This document shows, one piece after another, positions 16,356-26,786 of a stretch of DNA of 64,000 bases. Source of the DNA: an uncultured Actinomycetota bacterium. GTDB taxonomy: Bacteria; Actinomycetota; Actinomycetes; Jiangellales; Jiangellaceae. Position numbers and translations under genes: made by a program. The DNA lies in NCBI GenBank assembly GCA_963819885.1, contig CAWFXV010000003.1, positions 4,372-68,371 on the forward strand, in the 5' to 3' direction. Within the stretch, counting starts at the first letter, position 1, and the number at the start of each line of letters is the position of its first letter. The notes below the pieces were generated by a model. That model did not search any database. It was not told the DNA's origin and worked only from the letters and a program-made list of their open reading frames with translations.

Positions 16356-18554
16356 ATGCAAGTGGCTGCGATCGTCGTCTCGGTGGCGGTCACGCTCGTC
16401 GCCGTCGCGCTCGCCGGCCGAGCGGTCGCTCAGATCGTCGGCGTCGTCCGGCTCGGACAGCCGGTCAGCGGGCGGACCGATCAGCTTGGGCGCCGGACAG
16501 TGACCATGCTTGGCGAGACGCTGGGCCATACCCGGATGCTCAAGTGGAGCCTCATCGGCGCGTCGCACTGGTTCGTTTTCATCGGCTTCGGGCTGCTGTT
16601 CTTCACCCTGGTCACTGCCTACGGGCAGCTGTTTGACGCGGAGTTCGCGCTACCGGTGATCGGCAGTGCGCATCCATTCGAATGGGCGGCCGAGTCCATC
16701 ACCTGGGCGATGCTGGTCGGCATCACGATCTTGGTCGCGATCCGGCTCCGTGCCCATCCTGCCCGCACCGGCCGAGTGTCGAGGTTCACCGGATCCCGGA
16801 TGTGGCAGGGCTATTACGTCGAGGCCACGGTCCTCGGCGTCGGCATCTGCATACTGGTCCTCCGCGGGTTGGAATATGCGCTGGGTGCTGGCGACGTCAG
16901 CCACTTTCCACTGACGTTCTTCATCGGCGACGTGCTCGCCGGCCTCCCGACGGCCAGCTTGGAGGACCTGGTCTACCTGGTTGCCGCTGTGAAGATCGTC
17001 ATCTCGATGGCCTGGCTGATCGTGATCGCCCTCAACGTGACCATGGGCGTCGCTTGGCACCGCTTCACGGCCTTTCCCAACGTCTTCTTCAAACGGGAAG
17101 CCGACGGCGCCAATGCGCTCGGAGCCGCCACACCGCTGACGGTGAACGGCCAGCCGGTCGACTTCGAGAAGCTCGACGAGCTCGACGAGGATGCAGCGCT
17201 CGGTGTCGGCAAGGTCGAGGACTTCTCCTGGAAGGGACTGCTCGACTTCACCACCTGCACCGAGTGCGGGCGCTGCCAATCGCAGTGCCCGGCGTGGAAC
17301 ACCGGCAAGCCGCTGTCGCCGAAGCTGTTGGTCATGGGGCTGCGGGAGCACGCCTACGCCAAGGCGCCATACCTGCTGGCCGGCGGTGGCACCGACCTTG
17401 CCGGGGAGGAACGGTCCGACGCGGACCAGCCGGCCGACGTACCCGCTGCCGCTATCGCCGAGGCAAACCGGCCACTTGTCGGCACCGCCGATGAAGGCGG
17501 GGTCGTCGACCCGGAGGTCCTGTGGTCTTGCACGACGTGTGGCGCCTGCGTCGAGCAGTGCCCTGTGGATATCGAGCACGTCGATCACATCCTCGATATG
17601 CGTCGCTACCAGACGCTGATCGAGGCCGAGTTCCCGTCGGAACTGACCGGACTGTTCAGAAACCTGGAGAAGTCAGGAAACCCGTGGGCCGTGAATGCGT
17701 CCAAGCGGATGGAGTGGGCGGCCGCCCTGCCGTTCGAGGTGCGCCAGGTCGGTGTGGACGTCGAGTCCCTCGACGACGTCGAATGGCTGCTCTGGGTCGG
17801 CTGTGCCGGTGCCTTCGAGGATCGTGCGACGAAGACCACGCAAGCCCTGGCCGAGCTATTACACATTGCGGGCGTGTCGTTCGCCGTGCTCGGCGACGCA
17901 GAGACGTGCACCGGCGACCCGGCCCGCCGCTCCGGCAACGAGTTCCTCTACCAGCAGCTGGCCATGCAGAACGTCGAGGTACTGCGCCAGAGCCAGGCCA
18001 CCAAGGTCGTCGCCACGTGCGCGCATTGCTTCAACACGCTCAAGAACGAGTACCCGCAGCTGGGCCTGAAACTCGAGGTCGTACATCACACCCAGCTGCT
18101 CAACCGGCTGGTTCGCGATGGCCGGCTTGCGCCGGTGCCGGCGAACGGCTCGGTCGCGGGTCGCTCGGTCACCTACCACGACCCGTGTTACCTGGGCCGG
18201 CACAACCAGGTCTACGAGCCGCCGCGCGAGCTGCTCGGCGCCCTGCCGGGAGTCGAGCTTCGGGAGATGACCCGCAGCGGGTCGCGCTCGTTCTGCTGCG
18301 GCGCCGGGGGCGCGCGGATGTGGATGGAGGAGCGGATCGGCAAGCGGATCAACATCGACCGAACCGAGGAGGCGCTGGCGACCGGGGCCGCCGCGATCGC
18401 GGTCGGCTGTCCGTTCTGCCGGATCATGCTCTCCGACGGGCTCACCGCCGTGCAGGCCGATGGTCAGGGCGAGGGGGTTGAGGTGCTCGACGTCGCTCAG
18501 CTGCTGCTGGCCGCCGTCAAACGCGGCCAAGCTGAGCCGGCGCCGCATTCCTAA
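16356..18554 (+). CDS. membrane-bound (Fe-S)-binding reductase, heterodisulfide-reductase-like (two 4Fe-4S motifs and two CCG domains)
   Basis: 732 aa with N-terminal TM helices. Ferredoxin motifs CTECGRCQSQCP and CTTCGACVEQCP. C-terminal cysteine-rich CCG repeats (CAHCFNTL..., DPCYLGRHN..., CCGAGG, GCPFC). Confidence 0.9.
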   Translation: MQVAAIVVSVAVTLVAVALAGRAVAQIVGVVRLGQPVSGRTDQLGRRTVTMLGETLGHTRMLKWSLIGASHWFVFIGFGLLFFTLVTAYGQLFDAEFALPVIGSAHPFEWAAESITWAMLVGITILVAIRLRAHPARTGRVSRFTGSRMWQGYYVEATVLGVGICILVLRGLEYALGAGDVSHFPLTFFIGDVLAGLPTASLEDLVYLVAAVKIVISMAWLIVIALNVTMGVAWHRFTAFPNVFFKREADGANALGAATPLTVNGQPVDFEKLDELDEDAALGVGKVEDFSWKGLLDFTTCTECGRCQSQCPAWNTGKPLSPKLLVMGLREHAYAKAPYLLAGGGTDLAGEERSDADQPADVPAAAIAEANRPLVGTADEGGVVDPEVLWSCTTCGACVEQCPVDIEHVDHILDMRRYQTLIEAEFPSELTGLFRNLEKSGNPWAVNASKRMEWAAALPFEVRQVGVDVESLDDVEWLLWVGCAGAFEDRATKTTQALAELLHIAGVSFAVLGDAETCTGDPARRSGNEFLYQQLAMQNVEVLRQSQATKVVATCAHCFNTLKNEYPQLGLKLEVVHHTQLLNRLVRDGRLAPVPANGSVAGRSVTYHDPCYLGRHNQVYEPPRELLGALPGVELREMTRSGSRSFCCGAGGARMWMEERIGKRINIDRTEEALATGAAAIAVGCPFCRIMLSDGLTAVQADGQGEGVEVLDVAQLLLAAVKRGQAEPAPHS

Positions 18555-18576
18555 TTCGTCAGCTTAGGCGTCTCCG

Positions 18577-19026
18577 TTACAGGGGGTGAGGCGTCGGAGT
18601 GCGGGTCTTCCCTGGAGGTGTATGGGGCTTTTTTCCGTGACTCGGCTTGGAGCCAGGCGACGCCTCGTTCCCACTGGATGACGTCGGGGTCGAGGCGGGT
18701 GGCCGCGGTGGCGTGGATGGCGGGTCGGCGTTGGCGATCGGCTCCGATGTCGCCGCGGGACGTGTCGGGCTGACGGTGTTTGCTGGCGAGGTGAGCCGAC
18801 GGCCCGTTGGCTCTGGATCCGGTTGGAGGGCCTCCTCGCTTGATTGCGGACGAGGGGAAGTCGTGTCGTTCCCTGACGGGGTATCGATCACCGAGTCGAG
18901 CACGAGCACGAACCCGAAGCCGGCCAGCACAAGAACTGCGAGGAGCAAACCTTTCCGCCGTGGCCTTCGGTGGCGGCCTCGTCGATTTTGACCGTTAGCC
19001 AGGTCAGAGTCGGGCTGGTCGGTCAT
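18577..19026 (-). CDS. hypothetical membrane-anchored Pro/Thr/Ser-rich protein
   Basis: 149 aa. Basic N-terminus, one TM helix (LLLAVLVLAGFGFVLVL), then a low-complexity P/T/S tail. No recognisable domain. Confidence 0.5.
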   Translation of the reverse strand: MTDQPDSDLANGQNRRGRHRRPRRKGLLLAVLVLAGFGFVLVLDSVIDTPSGNDTTSPRPQSSEEALQPDPEPTGRRLTSPANTVSPTRPAATSEPIANADPPSTPPRPPASTPTSSSGNEASPGSKPSHGKKPHTPPGKTRTPTPHPL

Positions 19027-19107
19027 CTACCTGCCGTTCCGGCCGGTTCTGGTCTCGTCCGCTCGTGCATTGCACCGAGGACTCTAGCCACGGGCACACG
19101 CCCGCTG

Positions 19108-19338
19108 TCACTGAGCAGGGACCAGTCCGATGTCAATGCCGCTGTGGTGCCCGTCGGTCACCTCGACCACTGCGCTTTCGGCGGTCACGTCGTCGACGGT
19201 GCGAACGGTGAGGACGACGTCGGAGTCGGTGGCCTCGTCGCCGGCAAACTTGGAGCCGGACGAGCATGTTTGATGGCCACAGTGCCGCGCGAATGTGACA
19301 TACCGCAAGCAGGCCCGTCGGACCAGAATGGCCACCAT
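19108..19338 (-). CDS. hypothetical small protein (76 aa) or gene remnant
   Basis: The C-terminal 50 codons have very high GC3 (GSKFAGDEATDSDVVLTVRTVDDVTAESAVVEVTDGHHSGIDIGLVPAQ*). The only in-frame ATG, at 19338, conflicts with the longest hutH ORF start. Confidence 0.3.
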   Translation of the reverse strand: MVAILVRRACLRYVTFARHCGHQTCSSGSKFAGDEATDSDVVLTVRTVDDVTAESAVVEVTDGHHSGIDIGLVPAQ

Positions 19339-20923
19339 GGGCGACGACGATGTAGGCCAGCAGGCGGACACCCAGACTGCTACGCGGACACGGGTGAAAG
19401 TCGGGCCGGATCCGCTCACGCCAGGGGACGTCCTCGCCGTGGCCAGGCATGACGCCGGAGTAGAGCTGAGCACCGAAGCATTGGCCGAAGTCGGCAAGAC
19501 CCGTGAAGTCATCGAGCACCTCGCTGCCGCGACCATTCCGTATTACGGCGTGTCGACAGGCTTCGGAGCTCTAGCGACCCGGCACATCCCCAGGTCCATG
19601 CGCGCGCAGCTGCAGCGGAGCCTCATCCGCAGTCATGCCGCCGGATCCGGCGCTGAGGTCGAGCGCGAGGTCGTCCGCGCGATGATGCTGCTTCGGCTGT
19701 CCACCTTGGCGACCGGTCGTACCGGTGTGCGGACGACGACCGCGACGACCTACGCGCACTTGCTCGACGCCGGCATCACGCCCGTTGTTCGCGAGTACGG
19801 CAGTCTCGGCTGTTCCGGCGACCTCGCCCCACTTGCGCATTGTGCGCTCGCGTTGATGGGCGAAGGAGAAGTGCGGACGCCGGACGGGACAATGATGCCT
19901 GCCGCACAGGCGCTAGGCCGGGCGGAAATCGAGCCGGTCGAGCTGGCCGAGAAGGAGGGGTTGGCCCTCATCAACGGCACCGACGGAATGCTGGGCATGT
20001 TGATCCTTGCCGCGCACGACCTCGGCCGGCTGCTGCGGGTCGCCGACATCGCCGCCGCGATGAGTGTCGAGGGGCTGCTGGGGACCGACCGGGTCTTCGC
20101 CGACGATCTGCAGGCCTTGCGACCGCACCCTGGCCAGGCAGCCTCCGGCGCCAACCTGCGCGCGCTCCTCGCCGGATCCGGAATAGTGGCGAGCCACCGG
20201 GGGCCGGACTGCACCCGCGTCCAGGACGCGTACTCGCTGCGCTGCTCGCCGCAGGTGCACGGGGCGGCACGGGACACCCTGGCACACGCCGAGACCGTCG
20301 CGAGCCGCGAGCTGGCGGCTGCGATCGACAACCCGGTGGTCACCCTCGACGGTCGGGTCGAGTCCAACGGCAACTTCCACGGCGCTCCGATCGGGTACGT
20401 GCTCGACTTTCTCGCGATCGCCACTGCTGATGTCGCAAGCATGAGTGAGCGGCGGACCGATCGGTTCCTCGACGTGGCTCGAAACGGCGGCCTGCCGCCG
20501 TTTCTCGCCGACGACCCTGGCGTCGACTCCGGGCACATGATCGCCCAATACACCCAGGCCGCGATCGTGTCCGAGCTGAAGCGGCTCGCCGTTCCCGCCT
20601 CCGTGGACTCCATCCCGTCCAGCGCTATGCAGGAAGACCACGTCTCGATGGGCTGGAGCGCAGGGCGCAAGCTGCGCCGCGCTGTGGCCGGGCTGGCCAG
20701 CGTGCTCGCCGTCGAACTGCTCACTGCAGCTCGGGCACTCGACTTGCGCTCCCCGCTCGAACCGGCCGCCGGCACGGCCGCCGTGCGTGCGCTCTTGCGA
20801 ACCGACGTCGCCGGTCCAGGGCCGGACCGCTACCTCACGCCAGAGATCGACGCCGTGGTCGAGCTGGTCCGCTCCGGTGCCGTCGTCACCGCAGCCGAAA
20901 CAGCCGTAGGTCCGCTGCGATGA
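19295..20923 (+). CDS. hutH: histidine ammonia-lyase
   Basis: YGVSTGFGALA, MIO region GSLGCSGDLAPLAH, NGNFHGAP, SSAMQEDHVSMG. The start is uncertain: ATG 19295/19328/19337 or GTG 19394. Family conservation begins at VKVGPDPLT (19394). Confidence 0.92.
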   Translation: MTYRKQARRTRMATMGDDDVGQQADTQTATRTRVKVGPDPLTPGDVLAVARHDAGVELSTEALAEVGKTREVIEHLAAATIPYYGVSTGFGALATRHIPRSMRAQLQRSLIRSHAAGSGAEVEREVVRAMMLLRLSTLATGRTGVRTTTATTYAHLLDAGITPVVREYGSLGCSGDLAPLAHCALALMGEGEVRTPDGTMMPAAQALGRAEIEPVELAEKEGLALINGTDGMLGMLILAAHDLGRLLRVADIAAAMSVEGLLGTDRVFADDLQALRPHPGQAASGANLRALLAGSGIVASHRGPDCTRVQDAYSLRCSPQVHGAARDTLAHAETVASRELAAAIDNPVVTLDGRVESNGNFHGAPIGYVLDFLAIATADVASMSERRTDRFLDVARNGGLPPFLADDPGVDSGHMIAQYTQAAIVSELKRLAVPASVDSIPSSAMQEDHVSMGWSAGRKLRRAVAGLASVLAVELLTAARALDLRSPLEPAAGTAAVRALLRTDVAGPGPDRYLTPEIDAVVELVRSGAVVTAAETAVGPLR

Positions 20924-21019
20924 ATCCCATGATCAACTGGACACAAATGACACGAACCGCTGGGGCATGTCGTGTCACCTGCGTCCAGTCTGTCGAGCGA
21001 GCGACGTGAGGAGCCCGTC

Positions 21020-22681
21020 ATGACCGTTGGACCGCGCACCGTCACCGCGCCGCGAGGGACGACCCTGCACGCCAAGGGCTGGCCGCAGGAGGCGGCGCTG
21101 CGGATGCTGCAGAACAACCTCGACCCGGAGGTGGCCGAACACCCCGAGGATCTGGTGGTCTACGGCGGCACCGGCCGGGCTGCGCGCGACTGGCCCAGCT
21201 TCGAGGCATTGGTGCGCACGCTCACCACGCTGGAGAACGACGAGACGATGCTCGTGCAATCTGGCCGGCCCGTCGGCGTCATGCGCACTCATGAATGGGC
21301 GCCGCGAGTCCTGATCGCCAACTCGAACCTGGTGGGCGACTGGGCGACTTGGGAGGAGTTCCGGCGGCTGGAGTCCCTTGGCCTGACGATGTACGGCCAG
21401 ATGACGGCCGGATCGTGGATCTACATCGGCACCCAGGGGATTCTCCAGGGGACGTACGAGACGTTCGCTGCTGCCGCCGCGAAGCGGTTCGGCGGCTCGT
21501 TGGCCGGCACGATCACGTTGACCGCCGGCCTGGGCGGAATGGGCGGGGCGCAGCCGCTCGCCGTGACGATGAACGACGGCGTCGCGATCGTCGTCGAATG
21601 CGATCCGTCCCGGATCAGCCGTCGCATCGAGCACCGCTACCTCGACGTCGAGGCCGAATCGGTGGACGAGGCGTTGCGGCTTGCGTACGAGGCTCGCGAT
21701 GCACGGCGGGCGCTGTCGATCGGTGTGCTCGGCAACGCTGCGGCCATCGTCCCGGACCTGCTGGCTCGCTCGGCGGAGATCGACGTCGTTACCGATCAGA
21801 CGTCCGCACACGACCCGCTGGCCTATCTTCCGCTGGGCGTGGAGTTCGAGGACTGGGTGGCCGAGCGGGATAAGGACCCTGCCGGCTTCACGACTCGGGC
21901 CCGGGAGTCCATGGCGGCGCACGTCGAAGCGATGGTGGGCTTCCAGGACGCCGGCGCCGAGGTGTTCGACTACGGCAACTCGATCCGGGGCGAAGCGCAG
22001 CTGGCCGGGTATGAGCGGGCATTCGACTTTCCGGGGTTCGTCCCTGCGTACATCCGGCCGCTGTTCTGTGAAGGCAAAGGCCCGTTCCGCTGGGTGGTGC
22101 TCTCCGGCGATCCGGCGGACATCACAGCGACCGATGCGGCCGTTCTCGAGCTGTTCCCGGAGAACGAGTCGCTCGCTCGATGGATTCGGCTCGCCGGCGA
22201 GCGGGTGCACTTCCAGGGTCTTCCCGCGCGGATCTGCTGGCTCGGCTACGGCGAACGCGACCAGGCGGGCGCACGGTTCAACGACATGGTCGCCTCTGGG
22301 GCGCTGCAGGCTCCGGTCGTGATCGGGCGCGACCACCTCGACTGCGGCTCTGTTGCATCGCCGTACCGGGAGACCGAGGCCATGGCCGACGGCTCGGACG
22401 CGATCGCCGACTGGCCGCTGCTCAACGCGCTGGTCAACACCGCGTCTGGTGCCACCTGGGTTTCGATCCACCACGGGGGTGGTGTCGGCATCGGGCGGTC
22501 GATCCACGCCGGGCAAGTGACGGTGGCGGACGGCACTCCGCTCGCCGGTGAGAAGATCGCGCGGGTGCTGACCAACGATCCGGGCATGGGCGTGATCCGG
22601 CACGTCGACGCGGGATACGAGCAGGCGCTGGACGTCGCCGACCGTCTCGGCGTACGGGTGCCGATGCGGGAAGGGCCGTGA
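21020..22681 (+). CDS. hutU: urocanate hydratase
   Basis: 553 aa from ATG 21020 (GAGGAG RBS). [41 protein letters not shown]. Confidence 0.95.
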   Translation: MTVGPRTVTAPRGTTLHAKGWPQEAALRMLQNNLDPEVAEHPEDLVVYGGTGRAARDWPSFEALVRTLTTLENDETMLVQSGRPVGVMRTHEWAPRVLIANSNLVGDWATWEEFRRLESLGLTMYGQMTAGSWIYIGTQGILQGTYETFAAAAAKRFGGSLAGTITLTAGLGGMGGAQPLAVTMNDGVAIVVECDPSRISRRIEHRYLDVEAESVDEALRLAYEARDARRALSIGVLGNAAAIVPDLLARSAEIDVVTDQTSAHDPLAYLPLGVEFEDWVAERDKDPAGFTTRARESMAAHVEAMVGFQDAGAEVFDYGNSIRGEAQLAGYERAFDFPGFVPAYIRPLFCEGKGPFRWVVLSGDPADITATDAAVLELFPENESLARWIRLAGERVHFQGLPARICWLGYGERDQAGARFNDMVASGALQAPVVIGRDHLDCGSVASPYRETEAMADGSDAIADWPLLNALVNTASGATWVSIHHGGGVGIGRSIHAGQVTVADGTPLAGEKIARVLTNDPGMGVIRHVDAGYEQALDVADRLGVRVPMREGP

Positions 22682-24094
22682 GCATGCCACTCGACGTCGC
22701 ACCGCTGCAGCGCAGGTTCGGCGGCGAACTGATCTTGCCTGACGACGCGGCCTACGACCCGGCCCGGCGGGTGTGGAACGCCATGGTCGACAAGCGGCCG
22801 GCCGTCATCGCCCGCTGCACCTCGCCGGAGGACGTGGCGGCCGCGATTCGGTTCGCGCGGGAGAACGAATTGGAAATCGGCGTGCGGTGCGGCGGCCACA
22901 GCGTGACCGGTCAGGCAGTGCCAGACGGCGGGTTGATGGTGGACCTCACCGGGATGGCCGCTGCCCGGGTGGAACCGGACCGACGGCGGGCCTGGGTGCA
23001 GGGCGGCGCGTTGCTCGGCGCGCTGGACCGGGCCAGCCAGCAGTTCGACCTCGCCACGCCGTCGGGCAACGTTTCACACACCGGTGTCGGAGGCCTGACG
23101 CTCGGCGGAGGTATGGGATGGCTGGCCAGGCAGTTCGGGTTGTCGTGCGACAACGCCAAGTCGTTCCAGCTGGTCACGGCGGACGGTGACGTCCTGCACG
23201 TGGACGACGAGGAGAACCGCGAGCTCTGCTGGGGCCTGCGCGGCGGTGGCGGCAACTTCGGCGTCGTCACCGAGTTCGAGTTCCAGCTGTATCCAATGGG
23301 TTCGCCCGTACTATCCGTGGACCTCTCCTACGATCCAGAGGATGCGCTGCCAGCCTTGCAGGGGTGGCGTGACCTCATCGCCGATGCTCCTCGGCAAGCC
23401 ACGTTCACGGCGTGGGTCGGCACCTCCGGCGACTGGCCGTTCCTACCACCCGAGCTCCACAACCGGCCACTCGCCAGGGTCGGGTACGTCTGGGTCGGCG
23501 ATCTGGAGATGGGCCGTCAGATTGCTTTCCCAGTTTCGCGCGCTCGCGGCCCCGCTGCACGAAGCCGTCGACGAGTTGTCCTACCTCGAACTACAGAGCA
23601 TCGCCGACGACACCGGCGCTTTGCCCACACGGCGCTACTGGAAAGGGCACCTGCTGCCCGAATTGCCCGACGAGGCACTCGAGGTCTTCCTGGCCCGAGG
23701 AGCCGATGGGACCGCACCCGCGGATGGCGGCGTGCTGCCGTACGCCGGCTTCCAGACCTACGGCGGTGCAATTGCCGACGTAGACGGCTCGACGTCCGCG
23801 TTCAGCCACCGCGAAACGGTGGTGGAGTTCGTGACGGCGGCGCGCTGGTCCGACCCCTCGGAGGATGACGCCCGAATGGCTGCAGCGCGCCGGTACGGGG
23901 AAGCGATGGAATCTTTTGCGAGCGGTGTCTACGTCAACGCCCTGTCCGACGACGGGCAAAGCGGGCTGCGCCGGGCCTACCCGCCCGCGACGTTGGACCG
24001 CCTCACGGCATTGAAGGATCGTTACGACCCGGACAACGCCTTCCACCTGAACCACAACATTCTCCCAAGCGGCACCACTGCACCCCTCCTCTGA
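22678..24094 (+). pseudogene. FAD-binding (FAD_binding_4 + BBE) oxidoreductase with one frameshift
   Basis: The N-terminal part (22678 frame: VRCGGHSVTG, GGGMGWLARQFGL, GGGGNFGVVTEFEF...VGDLEMGRQ) continues in the +1 frame (23186 ORF: LLSQFRALAAPLHEAVDELSYLELQ...YVNALSDD...RYDPDNAFHLNHNI). The switch is at about 23521. Confidence 0.8.
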
Positions 24095-24115
24095 TCAACG
24101 GGGATGTGCGGGTAG

Positions 24116-25396
24116 ATGAGCTTTGACGGGCTGTGGGACGCGCTTCTGCCCATCGGGCGGGAGCCGTCGACGGGCGGGTACCGGCGGTTCGCCTGGACCG
24201 CAGCCGACCTCGAATGCCGGGAGTGGTTCGTCGCCGCGGCCGGCGAGCGCGGGCTGGCGGTGGAGGCCGACCGGACCGGCAACCTCTGGGCCTGGTGGGG
24301 CGATCCGACGGCTGGTAATGCGTTGGTGTTCGGGTCGCATCTGGATTCGGTACCTGACGGCGGTGCCTTCGACGGTCCGCTCGGTGTTGTGTCGGCATTC
24401 GCCGCTCTCGATGTGGCCCGTGCGCGCGCCTTCGAGCCGAGCCGACCGATCGGAGTGGTGGCGTTCTCCGACGAGGAGGGCGCCCGGTTCGGGGTGGCGT
24501 GCGTCGGCTCTCGGCTCCTGACAGGAGCCATGACGGCCGAACGGGCGCTGGCCTTGCGCGACGGCGACGGCACGACCATGGCGGAGGCGATGCGCACGGC
24601 CGGGCACGACCCGGCCGGTGTCCGAGCCGATCCCGAGCGAGTCGCCCGCATCGGCCGCTTTATCGAACTGCACATCGAGCAGGGACGTGCCCGGCCCGAT
24701 TCGTGGGGAGCGGCGATCCCGACGACCGACGACCCAAACGGCCTGGTCGACCTCGACCGGGCCGTCGGCGTCGCCAGCAGCATCTGGCCGCACGGGCGCT
24801 GGCGGCTCGACTTCGCCGGCCGTGCCGATCACGCCGGGACGACCCGGCTGACAGACCGCGACGACCCGATGCTGGTCTACGCAGCGACGGTGCTCGCCGC
24901 TCGTGAGGCCGCCACGAAGCACGACGCGCTGGCGACGTTCGGCAAGGTCACTGTCGAGCCGAACGGTGTCAACGCGATCCCGTCCCGGGTCACAGCCTGG
25001 CTGGACGCCCGCGGCCCCGAGGAAGCCCGTGTCCGCGCTGTGGTCGCTGAACTGTCAGGCCGGACAAGCCGCCAGCCAGGGGAGACCAACGACTCTGCCC
25101 GGACAGGTCGCGAGCCGCCACAGGTGCAGATCACCGAGGAGTCGTGGACGCCCGGCACTGTGTTCGACGTGGACCTACGGGACCGGTTGGCAGCTCTGCT
25201 GGACGGGGCACCCGTGCTCCCGACCGGCGCCGGACACGATGCTGGGATCCTGGCCGCGGCCGGCGTGCCGTCGGCCATGCTCTTCGTGCGCAACCCCACC
25301 GGCGTATCGCACTCGCCGGCCGAGCACGCCGATCGCGCCGACTGCCTGGCCGGAGTGGAGTCCTTGGCGCGTGTGCTCGACGACGCAGCAAAGTAA
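24116..25396 (+). CDS. M20-family amidohydrolase (allantoate amidohydrolase / N-carbamoyl-L-amino-acid hydrolase type), hut-cluster associated
   Basis: 426 aa. GSHLDSVPDGGAFDGPLGV, AFSDEEGARFG, ELHIEQG, GAGHDAG. This family usually occupies this position in actinobacterial hut clusters. A role in the last hut step is an inference. Confidence 0.8.
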   Translation: MSFDGLWDALLPIGREPSTGGYRRFAWTAADLECREWFVAAAGERGLAVEADRTGNLWAWWGDPTAGNALVFGSHLDSVPDGGAFDGPLGVVSAFAALDVARARAFEPSRPIGVVAFSDEEGARFGVACVGSRLLTGAMTAERALALRDGDGTTMAEAMRTAGHDPAGVRADPERVARIGRFIELHIEQGRARPDSWGAAIPTTDDPNGLVDLDRAVGVASSIWPHGRWRLDFAGRADHAGTTRLTDRDDPMLVYAATVLAAREAATKHDALATFGKVTVEPNGVNAIPSRVTAWLDARGPEEARVRAVVAELSGRTSRQPGETNDSARTGREPPQVQITEESWTPGTVFDVDLRDRLAALLDGAPVLPTGAGHDAGILAAAGVPSAMLFVRNPTGVSHSPAEHADRADCLAGVESLARVLDDAAK

Positions 25397-25533
25397 GAGG
25401 TGACCGCTACCCGCCCTGGGCGAGAATTGACCGCCGGTCACGTGGAAGTGGTCTGCAGAATCGCGGGTGAGGAGGACATCTCATCGACAGGCAGCGACCG
25501 TTCGGTTGGTCACCGCATCCTGGAGCCAAACGT

Positions 25534-26118
25534 GTGCGCCGGTCCGACGTTCCCACGGAGGTGACCAAGGACGGCCGGCGCTGGCGGATCGGCATCGCCG
25601 CAGAGGTGGCCTGGATCGCGACCGCGCCAGGTGTCGATAAGACCATCACGGCCGCGATTCCGCCCGCCTTCGAGGCCTACGCGACTTTCCATGAGCTCGG
25701 TTGGGAAGCGTCCTTCGTCGCCGATCACGAACGGGCGGTCGTCGAGCATCTTGTCGACCTGTCGGGCGACCGGCCATGGTGGCTGGGTTACCTGGACACC
25801 GGCGCGACCGATGTCGTCTTTCCCGACGCTCCAATGGTGAGCCTGTACTCCCAGTGGGACTATGTGCTCGTCGAGGCGGGGCCGGAGCAAGCCCTGACCT
25901 GGCGGGTCGGGCACATGCGGTCGCCTCACGGCGCGCTGCCGGACCTATTCTTCCCTGTCGACCGGTCCTGGCTGGTCTCCGCACTCTGGGACGACGCTTG
26001 GACCTGCGTCGGCGGTCCGACCGAGCTCATCGATCGGCTACGCCTTGACCCGCGAGTCCGAGCCCGGCCAGTCCGGTTGGGTGAGGACGCCACTCCACCG
26101 GGCCGCGAGTCCCTCTAG
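25534..26118 (+). CDS. hypothetical protein
   Basis: 194-aa intact ORF (GTG start) with good GC3. No domain recognised (IPPAFEAYATFHELGW...WWLGYLDTGATDVVFPDAP...). Confidence 0.55.
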   Translation: MRRSDVPTEVTKDGRRWRIGIAAEVAWIATAPGVDKTITAAIPPAFEAYATFHELGWEASFVADHERAVVEHLVDLSGDRPWWLGYLDTGATDVVFPDAPMVSLYSQWDYVLVEAGPEQALTWRVGHMRSPHGALPDLFFPVDRSWLVSALWDDAWTCVGGPTELIDRLRLDPRVRARPVRLGEDATPPGRESL

Positions 26119-26135
26119 CGTCACGTACGGGAAGC

Positions 26136-26786
26136 GTGATGGAGGCTGACGTCGGCAAGCGGATCCGCGAAGTGCGCCGTCGACTTGCTCTCGATGGTCC
26201 ACCCTGGACCCGCGCCATAGACGGCGATTTCGACCGCGTCGCCGTGCCGGAGCGGGATTGCGACTTGGTCCGCGACCTGCTGATCACCGAAGGCGTGGAG
26301 ACGGTAGTGGAGATCGGCCTGGGATATGGCAGCTCGGCGCTAGCCATCGGCGAGGCGTTGCTGACCGTCGGTACACCCCGGCCGCAGCACGTCATCATCG
26401 ACCCTCTGCAGGACACGGAATGGCGTGACGTGGGCTGGCAGCTGCTTCGATCGGCCGGGTTAGACCCAATCGTTCGGCTGATCCGCCAGCCATCATCGAT
26501 GACGTTGCCGCAGCTGGTTGGCGAGAAGTTCACCGCCGATGCGGCATTTGTCGATGGCAGTCACCGGTTCCATGAGGTGTTCCTCGACCTGTACTTCCTC
26601 CGCAAGATCGTCCGACCAGGCGGTCTGATCATCATGGACGACTACGGGTGGCCTTCTGTGCGCACGGCGGCGCCACCACTCGTAGATGGCAGGAGGCGGG
26701 AGACCGTCGTCAGGCGGGAGCGTCTGGCCGCGTGCGCCGTCTGCGTCTGGGGGATTCTCAGCCGAAGATGCCGGAGTAGGCGTTGA
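26136..26786 (+). CDS. class I SAM-dependent (O-)methyltransferase-like protein
   Basis: [19 protein letters not shown] (motif I-like), [29 protein letters not shown]. The 3' end overlaps the convergent acdS by 29 nt, and the last ~35 codons look low-complexity, so the C-terminus is uncertain. Confidence 0.6.
   Translation: MMEADVGKRIREVRRRLALDGPPWTRAIDGDFDRVAVPERDCDLVRDLLITEGVETVVEIGLGYGSSALAIGEALLTVGTPRPQHVIIDPLQDTEWRDVGWQLLRSAGLDPIVRLIRQPSSMTLPQLVGEKFTADAAFVDGSHRFHEVFLDLYFLRKIVRPGGLIIMDDYGWPSVRTAAPPLVDGRRRETVVRRERLAACAVCVWGILSRRCRSRR

Noticed and set aside
19811-19819. HutH carries Cys-Ser-Gly (GSLGCSGDLAPLAH) where the textbook MIO-forming triad is Ala-Ser-Gly.
   Set aside because: From memory, Streptomyces HutH sequences also read GSLGCSGDLAPLSH. 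This looks like a lineage-normal variant rather than a novelty. It should be confirmed by alignment.
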